From Pseudovirgaria hyperparasitica (taxonomy: Eukaryota), in NCBI GenBank assembly GCA_010093815.1, contig ML996574.1: a DNA stretch of 43,545 nt. The stretch is one strand, 5' to 3'. Below the pieces are notes generated by a model. The model did no database searches, had not been told where the DNA came from, and saw only the letters and a program-made list of their open reading frames with translations. Shown in pieces: positions 37,280-43,545 of the stretch. Positions within the stretch are counted from its first letter, which is position 1. Every line of letters begins with the position of its first letter. Made by a program: the position numbers and the translations under genes.

Positions 37280-38702
37280 ATCCTTATATTTTAATTTCTC
37301 TTTTCATAGTATAATAGTAGTTTATAGAAATAGCTCTAACTACTTATTATAATACTCGTAGTACCGCCTCTTATATTAGACCTTCTTCTAACCTAAATAA
37401 GAAGAATAGTCTATCTATAACTACCTCTACTAATAACTATATCTTATAGGCTATCGTACTAATAACTCGTATGATATTCCGTGTAACTATAGAAGATATT
37501 ATAGAATATAAGGATAGAGTCTATTATACTCTATCTTAGTCTAGTTTAAACTATACTAGACCTAACCTTAATATAAGGCTAGACCTTATTAATATTAATA
37601 AGTTAATCTATTAGAATTACCTAATATTAACTATATCTTATAATAATATATATACTAGAGTATACGAAGAGAGATAATAATAGATTTAACTTAAGTAATA
37701 ACTATACGAACTCGATAAAGCTTAAGAACGTAATATAAGACTTAAAGCTATATTATACGCTTTAGTTCTAGTAACGGCTAATCTATATTTATATAGACCT
37801 ATACTAACTAAAACGGTCTGTTCTAGTCTACTACTATTCTAATTACCCTAACCTAAGAAACTACCTTACTTTAATAGTAAAAGTAGAAAGAGTTTCTATA
37901 TATAGACTTATTAATATAGCTAATTCTTCTATCTATTTACGAATAATAGTAATAAAATTAGATTCGCCTAGAACTACCTTAATCTAACGCCTTTAGAACG
38001 TTAGATAGTATACTAAATTAAATATTCTAAGGATATCTATAACTAGAACATGTTTACTAAATTTCTCCTCTAATATTTTAGTAATAGAGCTAAATAACGC
38101 GACTAGACCTAGGGCTATATCTTTAAGACTTAATAATAAGATAATTAGTTACTATTATAACTTCTTAAATACCTTTAGCCTCTATAGAGAGAAGCCGAAG
38201 AAGATTATATAATTTAATAGTATAATAACTTTAAACGGTCTCTAACCCTAAATATAAAGAACTATCTTAACCTTATAATAATAATCTCTATAGACCTCTA
38301 AGCTCTTATAAACCTCGTAGAGCGATACTAGTATATAATAAATAATTAACGCCGTGCTAGTATATAACTATCCCTAATAATCTAATCTAATATAAAATTA
38401 TCTAACTAAAACTAATTTAGTAATAGATCTCGTAGGACGTTATAAGGCTACTACTACGCCTTAAATTTAAAACTACAAGGACTATATCGTGGGTCTCTCT
38501 ACTAATTAATATCTTAAGATATAAGAATTAACTTATATAAATAACCTATAGTTACTTACTATACCTATAGTAGAATAGAATATATAGTACCCGAGTACCG
38601 CTTAGAAAAACTACTAAGTACTAATATAACTAACTAATTAGTTATATATTATAAGTACTAGTAGCTAGAATATATCGCGCCTAACTATCTAGTATAGAAT
38701 AT

Positions 38703-38712
38703 AAAAAACTAA
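38703..38712 (+). promoter_or_regulatory. Putative -1 ribosomal frameshift site at the gag/pol junction (AAAAAAC followed by a stop)
   Basis: AAAAAACTAA lies between the gag zinc knuckle and the protease. It is conserved as GTTTTTT at 5682-5688 in the minus copy. An X-XXY-YYZ heptamer is typical of fungal Ty3/gypsy elements. Confidence 0.55.
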
Positions 38713-41407
38713 TAGTCTATAAGAAACCCTTATAACTTATAGATGTGACTATAATAGAGAGGTAACTAGTTAAATAGTATATTAAACTATAGGCTAGACC
38801 TATTAAGGTCCCTTATAGATAATATTAGACTATAATACTTAATAGTAGTTTAGCTACTAATATTATATTAACTTAATAAGTATAAGAACTTAGTATTAAT
38901 ATCTAAGCTCTAATAGATACTATATTCTATAGTATTAACGGTCCTATTAAGTTATATAGTACCTATACTATTAAATATAGTATCTAGAATAGTAGAGGGA
39001 AATAGAAACCCTACTATTTAACCTTTATTATAGTAGATAGTCCCTTTAATATAATTCTAGGTATACTCTAGCTTAAGAAATATAATCTAAAACTAGACTT
39101 CCTTAAGAAAATAGCTAGCTAGCATATAAACCTACCTTAATAGAAACTAGTATAGCTTATTAACGACGAATAATTCTATAAAGATTATAAGAAGGCGATT
39201 TCTACTATCTATATACTCTTACTTATCTAAAATAGCGAGCTTAGTATTAAAGTAGATGAAAACCTACTATATTAGTATAAAATATACTAATATATCGCGT
39301 TAGTAATCGATTTCTCTAAACTACCTTAATACTAATCTACTAACCTTACTATTAATCTTAAAGATAGCTAGTAACCTCTATATAGATCTATCTACCCTCT
39401 TTTAGAATCTAAATTATAAGTCCTTTAAGAATATATTAAAAAGAACCTTACGCGAGAATAGATTAGGCCTAGTATATCTCTAGCCGGAGCTCTAATTCTC
39501 TTTATAAAGAAGAATAATAGAAGCCTCTATCTATATATTAACTACTATAGTCTAAATAATATTATATAAAAGAATCGTTATCTACTACCTCTTATCTCTA
39601 AGTCTATTAATAGACTAGAATATATAAAGATCTTTACTAAGCTTAATCTATATAATACCTACTATTACCTTTATATTAAGGAGAGCGATAAATAGAAAAC
39701 GGCTTTTAGAACCCGTTATAGATACTTTAAGTATATTATAGTCCCTTTTAGACTAACTAACACGCTAGATATCTTCTAAGTATATATTAATAACACGCTA
39801 GTAGATCTACTTAATATAATATATATTATATACCTAGATAATATTCTTATCTTCTTAGATAATAAGGAGAAGTATATCTAGTATATATATATAGTCTTAG
39901 ATAGACTAGAAAAGTATAAGCTATATATTAAGCTATCTAAATATAAGTTCCATTAGAACTATATTAACTTCCTTAGCTTTATTATTACTAACTAAGGTAT
40001 AACTATAGAGAGAGATAGAGTTACTACTATTATAGAATAGTCTAAACTAAAATCTATTTAAGATATACATGTCTTTATTAGCTTTACTAACTATTATTAA
40101 AAATTTATTAAATACTTCTTCTATCTAGCCGCACTACTTAATATATATACTACTACTACTAATTTATCTATTATAGTCCGTAATAGATAGAAATAGTATA
40201 ATATTAAGTTATAACCTATTAAATTAACGGAGGTTAAAAGAATATCCTTTAAGAAAATTCAAGTGATATTTATAACTACTCTATTACTAGTATACTTTAA
40301 TCTAACTAAATCTATTTATATTAAGACTAATATATTAGAATTTATAATCTTAGATATACTCTTCTAGTCTAGACTAATAGAGTCTAAAAAGGTCTAATAG
40401 TATCTAGTTATATTCTTCTCGCGTAAGATAGCTAATATTAAGACTAGATATACTATCTATAACTAAGAGCTACTAGTAATAGTAGAGTTATTTAAGTAGT
40501 AGCGATATTACCTTAAAGGTACTATATATAATATTAAGTTACTAACTAATTACTATAACTTAAAGGGGTTTATAAGTATAATAGTTTTAAATTATTAATA
40601 GAGTTAATAGACTAAGTAGCTTATAAATTTCTACTTTATAATCTACTATTAATCTAGAAGTATAAATCTAGCTAATAGAATATTAAGAAGACCTAACTAT
40701 AAAGAAGGCGCCTAGAATTATAGTAGCTATAGGGTTCTAGAGTAGCTATAGACCTAACTCTTAAGGACGAGGTTAGATAATAAGTTATCTAATAATTAGT
40801 AAGATACTAATACTAATACTAGTAATTAAATTTATAAGACCGAAGCTAGTAACTAAAGACACGGTACCAAAGTCCCTAGTAAGCTATTTATTAGTACTAT
40901 TAGAGAGGGCGATAGTACCTAGCGTATATATTAAGTAGATCTTATCTAGTTAATTATAGATCTATAAAAGATAGATCTAATAGTTTTAAAGTTACGTAAA
41001 ATATAGTAAGATAGATTATTATAGACTAAAGTAGACTATAAGTAGACCTTTATAGATAGCTTACTCTACTATAATAGAAAGTACTATATACTAATAGATA
41101 ATATATAATTTACTATAGTTAGCTAATACTATAATACTAATCTAGTAGAATATTTTAGGTATATACACACCCTAAGCTCGATTTATTAGTACTACTTTTA
41201 GAAAGATATATCTAAGTATATTAAAGAATAGATAGCTACTTATCTAATTTATTAAAGAATAAAGGTACCTAGATATAAGCTATATAGGAATTTATAGTCT
41301 CTACTAGTCCTTCTCTTTATATAGGAAGATATTACTATAGATTTTATAGTTAACTTATCTCTAAGTAAGATACTTAGAATAAGTTATAATTTAATTCTTA
41401 TTATTAT

Positions 41408-43545
41408 TATTAGGACTTAGCCTTAGGTAGGACCCGATCTATATGTACCTTAGCTAACAGGGTTAGAAGGTGACGTGAAGGGCGGTGAATAGTCACGTGC
41501 TAGATAGATCGGCGTCCCTTTATATATATACCCTTAGATTCCTACTAAAAGGGTTCGGTAGTAATTCGTTCTATACTAGAATACACCCTATTATTCTATC
41601 TAACTATACTACTATCTAATAACCCTATTCTTATATTCGAATTACTCCCTATATAGTACTATAGTTAAGATAGTCTAACTAGAACCGAGAAGGTCGATAC
41701 GATCTACTATAGGGATAAGTAATACTATATTAAATAATAGGGATCCTCTATAATTAGTATTAATCCCGGCCGTTTCTAACCAAGAAGTAGAAATATTAGA
41801 CTAAATCACGGAGCTTTTAGACGAAGAAATAGTAGAGACTCTAAGTAACTTCTAATAATATAAAGCTAGATAACGAGTCGTGGTAGAGCTATATAAGGTA
41901 TTATAATAAACTATCGCTGAACTTTAGGAATACGTTATAAATTAGACTTAAGAGATTTAAACCCTTAAAGAATAGGTAGAACACGCGAAACTCCTTATAA
42001 AGAGATAAGAACTTAAGGAGTCTCTTAAAGAACTACGCCGAACGATAGTAGGTAGACGACTTCCTACACTAATTTAGGCGGAATTAGTTCACCTACTATT
42101 AGAGTTATAATAATCCACTGTATACCCGGCCGCTTCGTTACCGATTTACCCTACTTCTTCTCTAGGTATACTAAAACCTAAAGACCTAACTATATTTATA
42201 GAGAAGAACTAAAAGGAGTAGAAAGACTAGAAGAGAGACTACGAAAAGTACTTCCTTAATAACCCTCTACTCTTTTCTACTAAAGTATAACGCATTTCGT
42301 TCGGAGAACGATACCTAGACTTATAATCCCGTGATTAATAGGATAGATAGAAGGAAGTATAGCTACTATCTATAATAACCTAGAAATATTTAGCTATATT
42401 TATACTAAATACCCTCGGAACGGATAGAGAACGTGAAAGAAAGGTACTATCTAAGTTAAGAAGCGTGGTATAACGACCGAACTAGACACCTACTTAACTA
42501 CTATAATACCTCTAAAACCTATAGGATAATATCCCTATACTATAGAAAAATATTTATATATTCTAGTTTTATAAAGTACTACTTCCGTTAATCCGCGAAA
42601 GACTAGAAATAGTATTATTAAGTTTTAACTATCTATATAAATTAGAGGAGAAAGCTAATAAATACTACCGCATCCTTAAGGAACGTGGCTCTCTAGGTAA
42701 AACCGATAAACCCTATACGGGTTAGAAACGAGGTTAATTAAATACATTTAATTAAGAGTAATCTTACCGCGATTAGCGCTAGAAGAGTATAAATTAGAGT
42801 AGAAACGCGTTAAGAGGATACTAAAATAATTAAGGCGGTGCTTCTTAACACGGAAAAGGATAAGGCATAGACTTAAATATAACGCCTATCGTAAAATAGT
42901 AGGATTATAGTATACTTCGTTACTATAAGTATAGAGAAATATAATATATTTCGCCTAACTATAAGAATCCGAAAAAAGAATAGACTAGTACATGAGACCT
43001 AACCGCGTCCTTAGCTAAATTATATATACTTAGAAGGAGCCGTAGCGCCTTCCGGTAAGTAAAGACCTAATATTACTAAAAGTATTATTACCTATAGTAA
43101 ATAGTAATAAAACTATATAGGCCCTCGTAGATACTAGTATAGAAGATAACTATATTTCGTTAATTCTTATAAAGACGTATAGATTATCGTACGATCTCGG
43201 TAAAGTTAGCCGAACTATTATAGTTAATAGATATAAAGTTAGAACTTTAGATAAAGCTATAATAAATTACGAAGTTTATAACTTAAAGATAATAAAATAG
43301 TAGATGTCTAATAAATTTATCGTGGCTAATATTAGCTAATAGAATATAATTCTAGGGATACCTAAGCTTAGACATCTAAACCCCATCCTTAATTTTTAGA
43401 AGGGGATATTAACGTTCCGATAATACCGTAGTAAATTATACTAGTAAGTTATAACTATTAGTAAGGAGGTATAGAACCTCACCATATAGACCCGATCGTT
43501 ACTAATCTATCTTATATTCTTATTAATCATTAATAAAGATAAGAA
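41408..43545 (+). mobile_element. Third Ty3/gypsy family G3 (5' LTR ~41408-41621, gag, protease), runs off the window
   Basis: Host G1 similarity stops at 41407. LTR TATTAG...CTAATA is the RIP form of TGTTAG...CTAACA. De-RIP gag KPKDLT.F.GKN..EW.DWKRD.EKYF (~42175-42255), CCHC knuckle (~42921-42963), protease ALVDTG (~43120) and IILG.P.L..LNP (~43346). Confidence 0.85.

Larger units (their letters stand above)
37049..41407 (+). mobile_element. Second copy of gypsy G1 (5' LTR, gag, PR, RT, RNase H, start of integrase), interrupted by G3
   Basis: LTR starts TGTTAGG. De-RIP motifs: CCHC knuckle (~38645-38690), LDSG (~38838), SPAGAPILFVKK..G.LRLCVDYR.LN (~39478-39558), WKTAFRTRYG, YLDDILI (39831-39851), RNase H ETDAS (~40323) and integrase W.DITMDF (~41322). 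Confidence 0.92.

Noticed and set aside
1..43545. Calling the window a centromere
   Set aside because: The composition is compatible, but an intact gene is embedded and RIP-mutated TE blocks also occur outside centromeres. CenH3 or Hi-C data would be needed.

Overview
Filamentous-ascomycete DNA made almost entirely of nested, RIP-mutated transposons (TpA-saturated, CpA/TpG-depleted). One intact gene survives in a ~1.7 kb island of normal composition: the intronless G-patch splicing factor spp2 (9253-10602, minus). Order along the window: 3' end and LTR of a Ty3/gypsy element (1-555); minus-strand chromodomain gypsy G1 (556-7343); Fot1/pogo transposon with its right TIR (7344-9048); the spp2 island; a second gypsy family G2 in an apparent tandem arrangement (~10790-11991 and 21429-23672); five Tad1-like LINE copies (A-E), four with readable 14-16 bp TSDs and two nested inside other LINEs; a plus-strand copy of G1 (37049-41407); and a third gypsy G3 inserted into it (41408-end). 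The most unusual signal is a 31-bp palindrome, TTATTAGTTAAGGGC-W-GCCCTTAACTAATAA, present 8 times. It brackets the LINE coding region: the 5' copy falls at the inferred ORF1 start codon and the 3' copy at the inferred ORF2 stop codon. Protein motifs in the repeats were read by eye after reversing RIP changes, so those coordinates are approximate.
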